A stretch of DNA of 63,455 bases, the filler included, from Licmophora abbreviata (Eukaryota), in assembly GCA_900291995.1 (NCBI GenBank). It is 24 parts of 24 records of this genome, joined end to end, with 100 filler letters (N's around TTAATTAATTAA, not from the genome) between each part and the next. Parts side by side here need not be neighbours in the genome. Positions count along the whole stretch, not along the records: positions 20,314 to 24,744 come from OLMU01002747.1; positions 24,845 to 26,920 come from OLMU01002748.1; positions 27,021 to 28,868 come from OLMU01002749.1; positions 28,969 to 35,076 come from OLMU01002750.1; 20 more parts are not named here. One strand, 5' to 3'. A program made the position numbers and the translations under genes. The notes under the pieces were generated by a model. That model made no database searches, was not told the origin of the DNA, and saw nothing but the letters and a program-made list of their open reading frames with translations. The stretch's first letter is position 1; every line of letters starts with the position of its first letter. Below, one piece after another: positions 21,266 to 32,959 of the stretch.

Positions 21266-22561
21266 ATGGCTGAGACCAAGGCACCCGCCAAGCTGCTGAT
21301 CAATGGCAATGAATACGACCTGCCGGTCTATGCCGGCACCGCCGGACCCGATGTGATCGACATCCGCAAGCTCTATGGGCAGGCTGGCGTGTTCACCTAT
21401 GATCCCGGCTTCACATCCACCGCCAGCTGCGACAGCACCATCACCTTTATCGACGGTGACAAGGGCGAATTGCTGCATCGCGGCTACCCGATCGACCAGC
21501 TGGCCGAGAAATCGCATTTTCTCGAAGTCTGCTACCTGCTGCTTTACGGCGAATTGCCCACCACCGCGCAGCTCGAGGATTTCGAGACCCGCGTGACCAT
21601 GCACACCATGCTGCATGAACAGATGATGTACCTGTTCCGCGGTTACCGCCGTGACGCGCATCCGATGGCCATCATGGTCGGCGTGGTCGGCGCCCTGTCG
21701 GCCTTCTACCACGATTCCACCGACATCTCCGATCCCTGGCAGCGCGAAGTCGCCTCGATCCGGATGATCGCCAAAATGCCGACCATCGCGGCCAACGCCT
21801 TCAAATACACGCTCGGACAGCCCTTCGTCTATCCGCGCAACGATCTGGACTATGCGTCCAACTTCCTGCGCATGTGCTTTGCCGTCCCTGCCGACGATTA
21901 CGTGGTCAACCCGATCCTCAGCCGCGCGATGGACCGCATCTTCACGCTGCATGCCGATCACGAGCAGAACGCCTCCACCTCGACGGTGCGTCTGGCCTCG
22001 TCCTCGGGCGCCAACCCCTTTGCCTGCATCGCCGCCGGCATCGCCTGCCTCTGGGGGCCGGCCCATGGCGGCGCCAATCAGGCCTGCCTCGAAATGCTCC
22101 GCGAAATCGGCACGGTCGACCGGATCCCCGAATATATCGCGCGCGCCAAGGACAAGGACGACGATTTCCGCCTGATGGGCTTCGGCCACCGCGTCTACAA
22201 GAACTTCGACCCGCGCGCCACGGTGCTCAAACAATCCGCCGACGAGGTGCTCGATCTGCTCGGGGTCGAAGACAACCCGACCCTGCAAGTCGCCAAGGAA
22301 CTGGAAAAAGCCGCCCTCGCCGATCCCTATTTCGTCGAGAAGAAGCTCTTCCCGAATGTCGATTTCTATTCCGGCATCATCCTCGAGGCGATGGGCTTCC
22401 CCACGTCGATGTTCACGCCGATCTTCGCGGTGTCGCGGACCATCGGCTGGATTTCCCAGTGGAAGGAAATGATCAGCGATCCGCAGCTCAAGATCGGCCG
22501 CCCCCGCCAGCTCTACAAGGGTGCGGCACTGCGCGATTACGTCGATATCGAGAACCGCTGA
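21266..22561 (+). CDS. gltA: Citrate synthase (type II)
   Basis: [26 protein letters not shown]. Confidence 0.97.
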   Translation: MAETKAPAKLLINGNEYDLPVYAGTAGPDVIDIRKLYGQAGVFTYDPGFTSTASCDSTITFIDGDKGELLHRGYPIDQLAEKSHFLEVCYLLLYGELPTTAQLEDFETRVTMHTMLHEQMMYLFRGYRRDAHPMAIMVGVVGALSAFYHDSTDISDPWQREVASIRMIAKMPTIAANAFKYTLGQPFVYPRNDLDYASNFLRMCFAVPADDYVVNPILSRAMDRIFTLHADHEQNASTSTVRLASSSGANPFACIAAGIACLWGPAHGGANQACLEMLREIGTVDRIPEYIARAKDKDDDFRLMGFGHRVYKNFDPRATVLKQSADEVLDLLGVEDNPTLQVAKELEKAALADPYFVEKKLFPNVDFYSGIILEAMGFPTSMFTPIFAVSRTIGWISQWKEMISDPQLKIGRPRQLYKGAALRDYVDIENR

Positions 22562-22582
22562 CCCATCCATCAGCACGACATC

Positions 22583-22615
22583 AGGCCGGGGCGCATGCGC
22601 ATCCCGGCCTTTTTT
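22583..22615 (+). terminator. Intrinsic terminator after gltA
   Basis: AGGCCGGG...CCCGGCCT followed by T run. Confidence 0.8.
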
Positions 22616-22754
22616 GCGCGTTCATACTCCTACAGACCATACTCCTAAAATTGTCCGCAAATTGTCCCTGAGGCCCCTTGGGGAATTCACCGCGCCTTAA
22701 CTGCACCTCTGCGATCACTGCCTTGGGTCCCTTGGCAACGCGGAGTTTCTCGTC

Positions 22755-23528
22755 ATGGCCGTTTTCGCACTTCTTCTGCTCGTCGGGGCATCGCTCGCGA
22801 CATTTGTGGGGCTGTCCGGGTCGGATGAGGATGGCATCCTGCCCGGTGGCACAGGCGACGACACGCCCCTGATCGATGGCACCCCCGGCGCCGACACGCT
22901 GCAGGGGGGCGCTGGCGATGACCTGCTGGTGGGCCGGGCGGGCGACGATCTTCTGTCGGGCGCTGCGGGCAATGACTGGCTTTTGGGTCTCGACGGGGAC
23001 GATACACTGCAGGGCGGCGCCGGGCGCGACGTGCTCATCGGCGGCGAGGGCGGCGACAGGATGATCGGCGGCGCGGGCGACGATTTCATCGAAGCGGCCA
23101 ACATTCTCGACGAAAGCGCGCTGGTGGCCTCTCTCGACGGGCTGGGCTCCTTTGCCGACATCGCCTTCCGCTACGCCCTGCCCGCCCTCTCCGATCAGGG
23201 CGATGAGATCGATCTGGGCGCGGGCAACGACACCGTCGTCGCCGGCAGCGACGACACCGTGACAGGCGGCGACGGGGAGGATGAATTCGCCTTGGGCGAC
23301 TGGATCGAAGGCGGCCGCCCCGTCCTGATCGAGGATTTCGATCTGGCCGAGGATCTCATCACCTTCGTCTCCGCCTCGGACCAGCCCACGCCCGAACTGA
23401 CGGTCGAACGCGACACGATCACCGGGCTCACAACGCTCAAGGCCGATGGTCAGGCGGTCGCCGTGCTCCGCAACGCCAGCCCCGAATTTTCACTCCGCAA
23501 CGTGGCGCTCGGGCGCTACGCCGCCTGA
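22755..23528 (+). CDS. RTX-repeat calcium-binding protein with N-terminal hydrophobic anchor
   Basis: Many GGAGDD(L/T)L nonapeptides; C-terminal LGDWIEGG..IEDFD domain. Confidence 0.85.
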   Translation: MAVFALLLLVGASLATFVGLSGSDEDGILPGGTGDDTPLIDGTPGADTLQGGAGDDLLVGRAGDDLLSGAAGNDWLLGLDGDDTLQGGAGRDVLIGGEGGDRMIGGAGDDFIEAANILDESALVASLDGLGSFADIAFRYALPALSDQGDEIDLGAGNDTVVAGSDDTVTGGDGEDEFALGDWIEGGRPVLIEDFDLAEDLITFVSASDQPTPELTVERDTITGLTTLKADGQAVAVLRNASPEFSLRNVALGRYAA

Positions 23529-23736
23529 GTCGTCCCAAGCCGTCCTGACACGCCCCGGCGCGGCCCGACCCGAAGATTGTCGTCTTTTTGGCGACAATGA
23601 TTGGTCACGCGGCCATTGTCGCACTTCGCTTAAAAAAAGCCGTTATTTACGCCACCTTTATGCCACATTCTCCAAGACTCGACCGGTCCCGCGATTTATG
23701 ATGGCTCGTGTTTAACGAGTACAAGCGGAGGTTGTT

Positions 23737-24981
23737 ATGCTTGGTATTGTTCTTCTCAGCCTGTTGGGCATCGGGGCCACGGCAGGTCTCATCGCGGAAT
23801 TCACGGATGACGACGATGATGACAACAACGCCTTCTTCCAACCCCCCGCCCCGGCGATGACGCCACACCGAACGACCCCGGCACCAGCCTGAACGACATG
23901 ATGACCGGCACCGATGGCGATGACACCATCGAAGGCAGCGATAGCGCCACGGTCAACGCTGGCGCTGGCGACGACATCGTCACCGGCAATGCCGGCGCCG
24001 ATTCCCTCAGCGGCGAGGCAGGCAATGACCGGCTTTCGGGTCTGGCCGGCGACGACCTGCTCGCAGGCGGCGCAGGCGATGACAGCCTCTTTGGCAGCGA
24101 TGGCAACGATATCGGCTTCGGCGGCGCGGGCGACGACCTGATCTGGGGCGGCTCTCAGGATGACCTTCTGGTCGGCGGCGACGGCGTGGATACACTGATC
24201 GGCTCCTCCGGCGACGACATTCTGATCGGCACCCAGACCACCTTCGGCTCCGGCACCGCCACCGAGATCGCCACCGCCTTCGGCACCAACAGCCAGGCCG
24301 ACGCGGGGCTTTCGGCCCTCGGCGTGCCCGGCGCCAATGCGGATACCGATGCAGGCGACGTGCTCAACGGCGGCTTTGGCGACGATCTGCTGCTGATCGG
24401 CAGCGAGGACACCGCCACCGGCGGCGACGGCTCGGATATCTTCACACTCGGCGACTGGATCCAGACAGGCCGCAGCGCCCTGATCGAAGATTATGACGCC
24501 TCCGACGATCAGATCATCGTCGCCTATCAGGGCGGATCGGCCGCCCCTGTCCTCAATATCGGCGACGACGGCAATTCCAACGCGCTCGTCCAGCTTGACG
24601 GCGAGACCATCGCCACCGTGACCGGCGCGGCAAGCACGCTCGTGGCCTCGGACGTGGCGCTGGTGGCCTTCGGCTCGGATGGCTCGCTTGTCGGAGTACT
24701 CGGCAAGATCTATATAGCTCACGCCTCTTGGGATTGGGTTATACNNNNNNNNNNNNNNNNNNNNNNNNNNNNNNNNNNNNNNNNNNNNTTAATTAATTAA
24801 NNNNNNNNNNNNNNNNNNNNNNNNNNNNNNNNNNNNNNNNNNNNCCATCGCCTATACCGCAGGGGCCTCAGCCGGCGTCATCGACGCGAATGTCCTGCTC
24901 GATGGCGAACTCGTGGCCCTGGTCCAGGGCGTCGGCACCAGCTTCATCGCGGCGGACGTGATCCTGCAGCCGCGCATCTGA
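23737..24981 (+). CDS. Second RTX-repeat calcium-binding protein; frameshift near 23845 and gap 24745-24844
   Basis: GGAGG RBS then MLGIVLLSLLGIGATAGLIAEFTDDDDDD out of frame with ORF 23898; similar C-terminus after the gap ends at TGA 24981. Confidence 0.7.
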
Positions 24982-25038
24982 CCCAAAAGACCTGCGGACC
25001 GGCGGCGCCCAAAGCGGCGCCGGTCCCTCAGCCCTGTC

Positions 25039-25818
25039 TCAGCGCCCCTCGTATTTCGCCGGGCGCTTCTCAAGGAACGCCACAACGCCTTCCTTGAAAT
25101 CGCGGGTGGTGCCGCACACCCCCTGCAACCGCGCCTCAAGGTCAAGCTGGGCGTCGTAATCGTTGGCCCAACTGCTGCGGATCGCTTGCTTCAACTGCCC
25201 GTAAGCCACCGTCGGCCCCTTGGCCAGATGCGCGGCCCGGCCCTGCCAGTGATCGGCGAACCCCTCCTCTGGGACCGCCTCCCAAATCATGCCCCATTCG
25301 CTGGCCTGCCGCGCACTGACCGGCTCGGCGAACAGCGCCGCCCCCATCGCCTTGGCCGCCCCCATCTGACGCGGCAACCAATAGGTGCCACCCGCATCCG
25401 GAATAAGCCCGATCCGCGTGAAGGCCTGCAGGAAATAGGCGGCCTCCGACGCGATCACCACATCCGCCGCCAGCGCCAGATTGGCCCCCGCCCCCGCCGC
25501 AGCCCCGTTCACCGCGCTGATCGTCGGCACCGGGCATTCTCCAATCGCGCGCAGCATCGGCTCATACTCGTCGCGCAGCACCCGCTCCAGATCCATGTTG
25601 GCCGCCGTGCCGCTATCGCTCAGATCCTGGCCTGAGCAAAAGCACTTGCCATTCCCGGTCAGCACCAGCACCCGCGCCTGCCGCCCGGCCCGGCCCACCG
25701 CATCGGTGATCTCGGCCCGCATCTGCGTGTTGAGCGCGTTCATCTTCTCCGGCCGGTCCAGCCGCAAAATGGCCACGTCATCCACGATATCGAGGGTGAT
25801 TGTCTGATACTCTGTCAC
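25039..25818 (-). CDS. Enoyl-CoA hydratase/isomerase (PaaG-like)
   Basis: FCSGQDL, NGAAAGAGANLAL, IGLIPDAGGT; GTG start with GGAGG. Confidence 0.88.
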   Translation of the reverse strand: MTEYQTITLDIVDDVAILRLDRPEKMNALNTQMRAEITDAVGRAGRQARVLVLTGNGKCFCSGQDLSDSGTAANMDLERVLRDEYEPMLRAIGECPVPTISAVNGAAAGAGANLALAADVVIASEAAYFLQAFTRIGLIPDAGGTYWLPRQMGAAKAMGAALFAEPVSARQASEWGMIWEAVPEEGFADHWQGRAAHLAKGPTVAYGQLKQAIRSSWANDYDAQLDLEARLQGVCGTTRDFKEGVVAFLEKRPAKYEGR

Positions 25819-25832
25819 GGGTCTGTTCCTCC

Positions 25833-25865
25833 GGGCTGTGTCGGGGCTGTGTCGGGGCTGTGTCG
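25833..25865. repeat. Perfect 11-bp tandem repeat x3
   Basis: (GGGCTGTGTCG)3. Confidence 0.9.
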
Positions 25866-25912
25866 CCCCAGTCAAACCCGATTTCGCCGCTCAGGGAAAG
25901 CCGAACCGCGCG

Positions 25913-26371
25913 TCAGTCCTTCATGATCTCGCGCAGACGCTCCGCCTCGTGCTGGCTCAACACGTCCTTGGGGGCTTCCTCGGCCTGCGACCGCCGCCGC
26001 AGATAGGTCCAGCCTATGCCAGCCCCCACCAAGAGCATCATCGGCCCCGCCAGCCATAGCAGCAGGTTTGCGCCCGTCGCCTTGGGCTGCAACAGCACGT
26101 ATTCGCCATAGCGGTCCACAATGAACTGCACGACCTCCTCGTTGCTGTCACCGGTCACCAGCCGTTCGCGCACCAGAAGCCGCATGTCGCGCGCCAATTC
26201 CGCGTTGGAATCGTCGATGCTCTCGTTGCGGCACACAAGACAGCGCAACCCGCCCGAAATCTCGCGCGCCCGCTCTTCGAGCTGTGGATCGTCCAAAATC
26301 TCATCGGGCTGGACAGCCCCCACCGGCGCCCAGAACAGGCACAGCACAAGTCCAAGGATCAGGCGTTTCAT
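25913..26371 (-). CDS. ccmH: Cytochrome c biogenesis protein CcmH
   Basis: LRCLVCRNESIDDSNA; RYGEYVL. Confidence 0.92.
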   Translation of the reverse strand: MKRLILGLVLCLFWAPVGAVQPDEILDDPQLEERAREISGGLRCLVCRNESIDDSNAELARDMRLLVRERLVTGDSNEEVVQFIVDRYGEYVLLQPKATGANLLLWLAGPMMLLVGAGIGWTYLRRRSQAEEAPKDVLSQHEAERLREIMKD

Positions 26372-28153
26372 TCCGCCGGCACCCCGCCCGCCACGGTCGG
26401 CGACTTGCGCGCGCCCGCCGCGATCCGATACCGCCGGTCCGACAGGCTCAGCGCGCCGCCAAGAGCCATCAGGATCGAGCCGCCCCAGATCCAGTTGGCC
26501 AGCGGCTTGTAATAGGTCCGCACCGCCCAACCGCCATTGCTCTGCGGATCCCCGATCACCACATAGACATCCCGCCAGAACCCAATATCAAGCGCGGCCT
26601 CGGTGGTGGGCATACGCGCCACCGGATAGAATCGTTTTTCAGGGTAAAGCGTGCCGATCTCGGTGCCGTTGCGCGACAGGCTCACCTGCCCCATGGTCGA
26701 GACATAGTTTGGCCCCTGCACCTCCTGCACATCCTCAAGAACCAGCGTGAAGCCCGACAGCTCGAACGCCTCGCCCTCCTGCACCACGCGGATATCCTCG
26801 GTTTCCCAGGCCATCATCGCCGCGACCCCGGCAATCGTGATGCCGAAACCGGCATGCGCCACCGCCTTGCCCCAATCCGCCCTCGGCAGACGCGCCAGAC
26901 GGCCAAGCCGGTTCGCACCGNNNNNNNNNNNNNNNNNNNNNNNNNNNNNNNNNNNNNNNNNNNNTTAATTAATTAANNNNNNNNNNNNNNNNNNNNNNNN
27001 NNNNNNNNNNNNNNNNNNNNAGCATTTCGCTGACCAGCGGCCAGATCGTGCCGACGAACACCACAAAGGCCGACACCGCCAGCAGCACGTTATTGGCCAG
27101 CAGGAACGATTCCCGGCTCACCACCGAAAACACGCCCTTGGCTTGCAGCACATTGGCCCGCGCCGCAAACAGCGTGAGACCGCCCAGCATGAACACCGCC
27201 GTGATCATCAGCAGGAACATCCCCCGCTCAGGGTCCGTGGCGAAGGCATGCACCGACGTTAGAACACCCGACCGCGTGATGAAGGCCCCGATCATCGAAA
27301 AGCCGAAGGCAATGATCGCCAGCAGGATGGTCCAGCTTTTCAGCGATTCGCGCTTTTCCACCACGATCGCGGAATGCAGCAGCGCAACAGCGATCAGCCA
27401 CGGCATGAAGCTCGCATTCTCCACCGGATCCCAGAACCAGAAGCCGCCCCAGCCCAATTCGTAATAAGCCCACCAGCTGCCCAGCCCGATCCCGATGGTC
27501 AGGAAAATCCACGCCGCCAGCGTATAGGGCCGCACCCACCGGCCCCAGGCCGCGTCCACGCGCCCCTCGATCAGCGCCGCCACCGCGAACGAGAACGTCA
27601 TCGAAAGCCCGACATAGCCCAGGTACAAAAACGGCGGATGGAACGCGAGGCCCGGATCCTGCAACAACGGGTTGAGATCCTGCCCATCGAAGGGCGGCAC
27701 CTGCATCCGCAGGAACGGATTGGATGTGAAGAGGATGAAGGCGAAGAACGCCACCCCCACCATCGCCTGCACCGACAGCACCCGCGCCCTCAGCGTCGGC
27801 GGCAGGTTGCCCCCGAACCACGCCGCGAACGCCCCGAACAGCGTCACGATCAGCACCCACAGCAGCATCGAGCCTTCGTGATTGCCCCAGACGCCGGTGA
27901 TCTTGTACAGCAGCGGCTTGTCCGTATGACTGTTGATCGTCACCAGCCGGACCGAGAAATCCGACATCACGAACGCATATGTCAGCGCCGCAAATGAGGC
28001 CGCCGTCAGCAGGAACTGCACATTCGCTGCCGGCGCCGCCACCGCCATCCAGCCCGGCCATCGCCGATGCGCGCCGACAAGGGGAACAATCGCCTGAACA
28101 CAGGCGACAAGGAAGGCGAGGATGAGGGCGAAGTGGCCAAATTCTATAATCAT
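26368..28153 (-). CDS. ccmF: Heme lyase CcmF, split by gap
   Basis: WGGFWFWDPVENASFMPW, SVHAFA. Confidence 0.96.
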
Positions 28154-28238
28154 GGGTCTATAATAGTCCTTTTCCCGCCCCCGGGCCAACGGGATTCGAC
28201 AGCGGCGCAGGATCACATTGTCGCGGGTCCCCGCCGCC

Positions 28239-28826
28239 TCAACGCTCCACCGCCCGAAAATGCCGCCGCCATTCCTCCAGCGCGGGGTTGTCCGAGGGTC
28301 GCACCGCCTCTCGCGCGAGATCCGCATCCTGCCCGCTTGCCGCCACACCGGGGCTTTGCGCCTCAAGCGCCCTCAGCCGCGCCAGACCCTCGGTCACCTG
28401 CGGCACGCGCGCCATCGTCGCCGCAATCGAGCGTTGGAACTCCTGCCCCTTCAACTGATGCCGCGCCCCGAAATAGAAGCTGACGATCACGCCCAGAAGC
28501 CACCACAAGGGCTCCGGCACCAGCGCAATCCCCTGCATCCGCGCCGCGAACCAGACCGGATCGACCATCGCCCCCACGAACAGCCCCAGCGTGCCAAGCG
28601 CCATCGCCGGGCGCGGCAGGCGGTTCACACCGTCCATGATCCGGTCGAAGACACCCCGCTCGGGCGGCGCGAATTCGGCCCCGAACTGCTCCAGAGCCTG
28701 CGACCGCCGTTCCGCCTCCCGCGCGGCCCCAGCCTCAGCATTTTCGCGAAACACCTGCGCGGTCTCGGCCAGCACATTGCGCCCCGACCCGAACACCAGC
28801 CCCAAAATCGTCTCGATCAACCCCAT
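28239..28826 (-). CDS. GTA-type 3TM holin family protein
   Basis: DGVNRLPRP...LVPEPLWWLLGVIVSFYFGAR; overlaps upstream muramidase. Confidence 0.85.
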   Translation of the reverse strand: MGLIETILGLVFGSGRNVLAETAQVFRENAEAGAAREAERRSQALEQFGAEFAPPERGVFDRIMDGVNRLPRPAMALGTLGLFVGAMVDPVWFAARMQGIALVPEPLWWLLGVIVSFYFGARHQLKGQEFQRSIAATMARVPQVTEGLARLRALEAQSPGVAASGQDADLAREAVRPSDNPALEEWRRHFRAVER

Positions 28827-29420
28827 GACGCCACCCTGTCCCGAAAATCCGCCTCGCTCAGATGAAAGNNNNNNNNNNNNNNNNNNNNNNNNNNNNNNNN
28901 NNNNNNNNNNNNTTAATTAATTAANNNNNNNNNNNNNNNNNNNNNNNNNNNNNNNNNNNNNNNNNNNNTAATTCCGCCGCGCGATCCCGTACGCATCGGC
29001 CAGAAAATCCGGCGCCGCGCGCCATGCGGCATCGGCCGCCGCCTCGGTCTGCGGGCCGATCACCCCATCAACGGCCACCTCATGCCCCATCTCTCGCAAC
29101 AGCCGCTGCAGGATGCGCACCGCATTGACGCCCGCATTCACATACATGTCGAACACGCTGGCCTGCAGCACATCGGGCAAGACCTCGATCCGCGTGCGCC
29201 GGTAATACTGCTCGATGAAAATCGCCTCGGCCCGCGCGCGCGTCATCGCGCGCACATCGGCCACATCCACATCCCCGTCCCGATCCAGATCAAGCCCGAG
29301 CCGGCGCATCGTATGGATGGTGACGCCATGTTTCGTGGCGCCCCCCGGATCGTCGGGATCATCCACAAAGCCGCCCTCTCGGGCGACGATCTCTCGGGCG
29401 ATCTTTGTGATATCCGGCAT
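28817..29420 (-). CDS. Holin-associated GH108 N-acetylmuramidase (endolysin), split by gap
   Basis: REGGFVDDPDDPGGATKHGVT; VDGVIGPQT; C-terminus FHLSEADFRDRVASWG* after the gap. Confidence 0.88.
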
Positions 29421-29540
29421 GTCGGCTGGCCCTCCTTGGCGCCTGTCATGAACGACAGGCCAAGGATCGCGCCGATTGGTTAACGCCGCCCTGCAGCACC
29501 GTGCGCAGCCAGCACGGCCGCACCGGACCTCACATCAGGA

Positions 29541-30017
29541 TCAGCTTCCGCTGGCCCCCTCGATGGGGCGTAAATTGCCATCGGGGTCCTTGTAGACACC
29601 CTGTTCCTTCAGCGCGTCCACCACTTCCTTGGGCATATAGCTCTCGTCATGCTTGGCCAGGATCTCCGACGCCACAAAAACGCCGTCCTGCAAGCTCCCG
29701 GTGCCGACCATGCCCTGATTCTCCTCGAAAAGATCGGGCAGAACCCCCTTGTAGGTCACCGTCACAACGCCCCCGCCATCGGTCACGTTGAAGCGCACCG
29801 TCTCGCTTTCGCCGCGCACGATGCTGCCCTCTTCGACCAGACCGCCGATGCGGAACACTTCCGTGGGGCTCGGCGGCTCGGCGATCACCTGACTGGGCGA
29901 GCGAAAGAAATTGATCCCGTCGCGCATCGCATACCCGATCAACACGGTCGAGATCACCAAAGCCACCGTCGCAATGGCGACAATCTGGATGCGGCGTTTC
30001 TTTTTCAGCGATTTCAT
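29541..30017 (-). CDS. ccmE: Heme chaperone CcmE
   Basis: ILAKHDESYMP. Confidence 0.95.
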   Translation of the reverse strand: MKSLKKKRRIQIVAIATVALVISTVLIGYAMRDGINFFRSPSQVIAEPPSPTEVFRIGGLVEEGSIVRGESETVRFNVTDGGGVVTVTYKGVLPDLFEENQGMVGTGSLQDGVFVASEILAKHDESYMPKEVVDALKEQGVYKDPDGNLRPIEGASGS

Positions 30018-30034
30018 GGCGCGACCCGCTCAGA

Positions 30035-31063
30035 TCAAGGGAATACCGGGGCCAACATCAGACCTTCGGTTTCCTTTATATCTAACATCAGGTTGGCGTT
30101 CTGCAAAGCCTGACCGCTGCTACCTTTTGTCAGGTTATCCAACGCCGCGATCACCAGCGTCTTGCCGGGGATGCGGTCAGCCACCACGCCGATATGGCAA
30201 AAGTTGCTGCCCCGCACATGCCGGGTGCTCGGGGTTTCGCCCATCGGCAACAGCTCGATGAACGGCTCCGCCTCATAGGCTTGCGCCAATGCGCCATGGA
30301 TCGCCCGCGCCTCGCCCTTGACATAACCGGTGGCCAGAATGCCCCGGTTCGCCGGGATCAGATGCGGGGTGAACTGGATATGCACATCTTGCCCGGCAAC
30401 TGCGCTGAACTCCTGATCGAACTCGCCCAGATGCCGATGCGTGCCGCCCACCGCATAGGCGTGATAGCCCTCGCTCAATTCGGCATGCAGCAGATTTTCC
30501 TTGAGCGACCGGCCCGCCCCCGACACGCCGCATTTCAGATCGAGGATGATATCGTTCAGATCGATCACCCCCGCCGCAATCAGCGGGCGCAGGATATATT
30601 GCCCCGTCGCCGCGTTGCAGCCCGTGCCTGCCACCAGCCGTGCGCCGCGGATGTCCTCGCGGTAAAACTCGGTCAGCCCATAGACCGCCTCTTTCTGCAG
30701 CTCGGGTGCGGCATGGGCGTTGCCATACCACTGCTCATAGGCCGCAGGATCGCGCAGCCGGAAATCCGCGCTCAGATCGACGATCTTCAGATCGCGTGGC
30801 AGCGCGGCGATCACCTCTTGGCTGGTCTTGTGCGGCAGCGCGCAGAAACACAGATCGATCCCGGCGAAATCGATCTCGTCGATCGTGACCAGCTTCGGCA
30901 GGTCCAGATGCCGCAGATGCGGAAACACCTGCGCCATGCTCTGCCCCGCCTTCGAGTTGGCCGCCAGCGCCACGATCTCCATGTGCGGATGCGTGGCGAT
31001 CAGCCGGACAAGCTCGGCCCCGGTATAGCCGCTGGCGCCCAGAATGGCGATCTTTCGGGTCAT
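30035..31063 (-). CDS. argC: N-acetyl-gamma-glutamyl-phosphate reductase
   Basis: [28 protein letters not shown]. Confidence 0.96.
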   Translation of the reverse strand: MTRKIAILGASGYTGAELVRLIATHPHMEIVALAANSKAGQSMAQVFPHLRHLDLPKLVTIDEIDFAGIDLCFCALPHKTSQEVIAALPRDLKIVDLSADFRLRDPAAYEQWYGNAHAAPELQKEAVYGLTEFYREDIRGARLVAGTGCNAATGQYILRPLIAAGVIDLNDIILDLKCGVSGAGRSLKENLLHAELSEGYHAYAVGGTHRHLGEFDQEFSAVAGQDVHIQFTPHLIPANRGILATGYVKGEARAIHGALAQAYEAEPFIELLPMGETPSTRHVRGSNFCHIGVVADRIPGKTLVIAALDNLTKGSSGQALQNANLMLDIKETEGLMLAPVFP

Positions 31064-31179
31064 GTCGGACTCCTGCAATTTGTCGGCAGTTGCGTACAGG
31101 CTGGACACAATAATGCCAAGAGGCGCCTCGGTTCGTCCCAAACCCGGGTAGGTTTGGTACGGATCGTACGAAACCCCGC

Positions 31180-31992
31180 TCAGGCGGCGCTGAAGATGAT
31201 TTCCCGGCGCAAAAACTGCGTGGCCCGGCTCGAGACCCGCTTGGGATCACCGGTGGTCAGAAACGCTGCCTCACGCCCCGATCCCAGCATCGCGGGATGG
31301 CGCGTCAGGTAATCGGAAAGGCTTTCCGCCACCAGATTGGCTTGGCTATAGACCTGCACATCCGCGCCCAAGGCTTCCTGAAAAGCGTTTTGCATCAAGG
31401 GGTAATGGGTGCAGCCAAGGATCGCGGCCTCGGGATTGGGCATCTTGCGCTTAAGCGCGTCAACATGGCTGCGCACCAGCGCCTCGGCCAGAATCATGTC
31501 GCCCTCTTCGATGGCATCCACCACGCCGCCACAGGCCTGCGCCTCCACATCGACCCCGATCGCGCGAAACGCCAACTCCCTCTGAAACGCCCGGCTGCTC
31601 ACCGTCGCCGGCGTCGCAAACAGCGCCACATGCTTGACCGCCACCTCTCGCGGCGGCGAGTTGTCACCCCATTGCCGCTCGGTAAGTGCTTCAATCAATG
31701 GAACAAAAACGCCCAGCACCCGCTTGTCGCGCGGCACCCAGTTTTCCTGCATCCGGCGCAGCGCCGCCGCACTGGCGGTGTTGCACGCCAAAATCACCAG
31801 ATCGCAGCCCGCATCCCATAACCGGGCGACCGCTCTGGTCGTCAAATCGTAAACATCATCGGCATCGCGCACCCCGTAAGGCGCGTGTGCGTTGTCCCCG
31901 AAATAGACGAAAGGCACATCCGGAAGGCGCTTTTCCACCGCGTCCAGAACCGTCAGGCCACCCAGCCCGCTATCGAAAATTCCAACCGCCAT
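31180..31992 (-). CDS. murI: Glutamate racemase
   Basis: [24 protein letters not shown]. Confidence 0.96.
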   Translation of the reverse strand: MAVGIFDSGLGGLTVLDAVEKRLPDVPFVYFGDNAHAPYGVRDADDVYDLTTRAVARLWDAGCDLVILACNTASAAALRRMQENWVPRDKRVLGVFVPLIEALTERQWGDNSPPREVAVKHVALFATPATVSSRAFQRELAFRAIGVDVEAQACGGVVDAIEEGDMILAEALVRSHVDALKRKMPNPEAAILGCTHYPLMQNAFQEALGADVQVYSQANLVAESLSDYLTRHPAMLGSGREAAFLTTGDPKRVSSRATQFLRREIIFSAA

Positions 31993-32014
31993 AGCCCGTT
32001 GCGCCTTTGCGAAT

Positions 32015-32884
32015 TCATTCGAATTCGAACCCGGTCATCGTCGGATCGACCGGCCCCGGGCTTAGCTCATACGTCTTGTGGCGTAAAAAAGCCATAAGGG
32101 ATTTCGTGTCCCCCTTGCGCGCCTGCAAGGCGTCGCGGTCGATCGGATCGCCCACCACAACCCGCACGGATGTATCAACCCGTTTGCGGAACTCCTTGAT
32201 AAGAAGGCCCATTCTCAAGGTGTAATGCAAATGGCTCGCCAGCTGGAACAGCCGGCTGGTATGCCCGTCAAAGAAGATCGGCACCACCGTCGCATCCGAT
32301 TTGGCGACCATCCGCGCCGTAAACCCGCGCCAGCCCGGATCCATCGGCTGCGCAAAGGGCTTGGCCGCCGTGCTGACCGTGCCGCCCGGAAAGATCCCGA
32401 TCGCCCCGCCCTGCCCCAGATACTCCAGCGCGGTCCGGCGCGTCTCGAGGTTCAGCTTCACCGCCTCTTTCGTCTCGTCGAAATTGATCGGCAGAATCAC
32501 CTTGTTCAGATCCTCCGCCTTACGGAAAACATGATGCGCCAGAATGCGAAAATCGCCCCGTGTCTGGCTCAGGATGTGGCCCATCATTAACCCATCCAGA
32601 ATCCCGTAAGGATGGTTCGCGATCACGATCAGCGGTCCGGTTTTCGGGATGCTTTGCAGGCTGCCGCCCACAACATCCAGTGTCAGGCCGTAGCGCTCCA
32701 CCATCACCTGCCAGAAATCGCGCCCGCCCGCCACCTCGTGCTCATAGCCGCGCGCGCGTTTAATAAGGCCGATCCGCCCGGTCATGTTCTCCATCGCGCG
32801 AATCATCGCCCGCCCCCCGCGCGTCTGCGCCGAATGCGCATAGCTGATATCCCGCGCGATATGCCTGTGCTGCTGCATGGTCAT
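32015..32884 (-). CDS. Lysophospholipid acyltransferase family protein
   Basis: [10 protein letters not shown] (HX4D), IFPGG. Confidence 0.85.
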   Translation of the reverse strand: MTMQQHRHIARDISYAHSAQTRGGRAMIRAMENMTGRIGLIKRARGYEHEVAGGRDFWQVMVERYGLTLDVVGGSLQSIPKTGPLIVIANHPYGILDGLMMGHILSQTRGDFRILAHHVFRKAEDLNKVILPINFDETKEAVKLNLETRRTALEYLGQGGAIGIFPGGTVSTAAKPFAQPMDPGWRGFTARMVAKSDATVVPIFFDGHTSRLFQLASHLHYTLRMGLLIKEFRKRVDTSVRVVVGDPIDRDALQARKGDTKSLMAFLRHKTYELSPGPVDPTMTGFEFE

Positions 32885-32959
32885 GATCCCCGTCCCAACG
32901 ACGGCCCTGTTAGGAAGTCATGACCCTTGTGGCCAGCCACGATGAATTTTTTATGACAT

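Noticed and set aside
24690..24744. Abrupt low-GC tail of the RTX ORF
   Set aside because: At a contig end; most likely low-quality read sequence
28239..29420. Possible prophage
   Set aside because: Only lysis genes; no integrase, capsid, terminase or att sites, and flanks are core ccm genes
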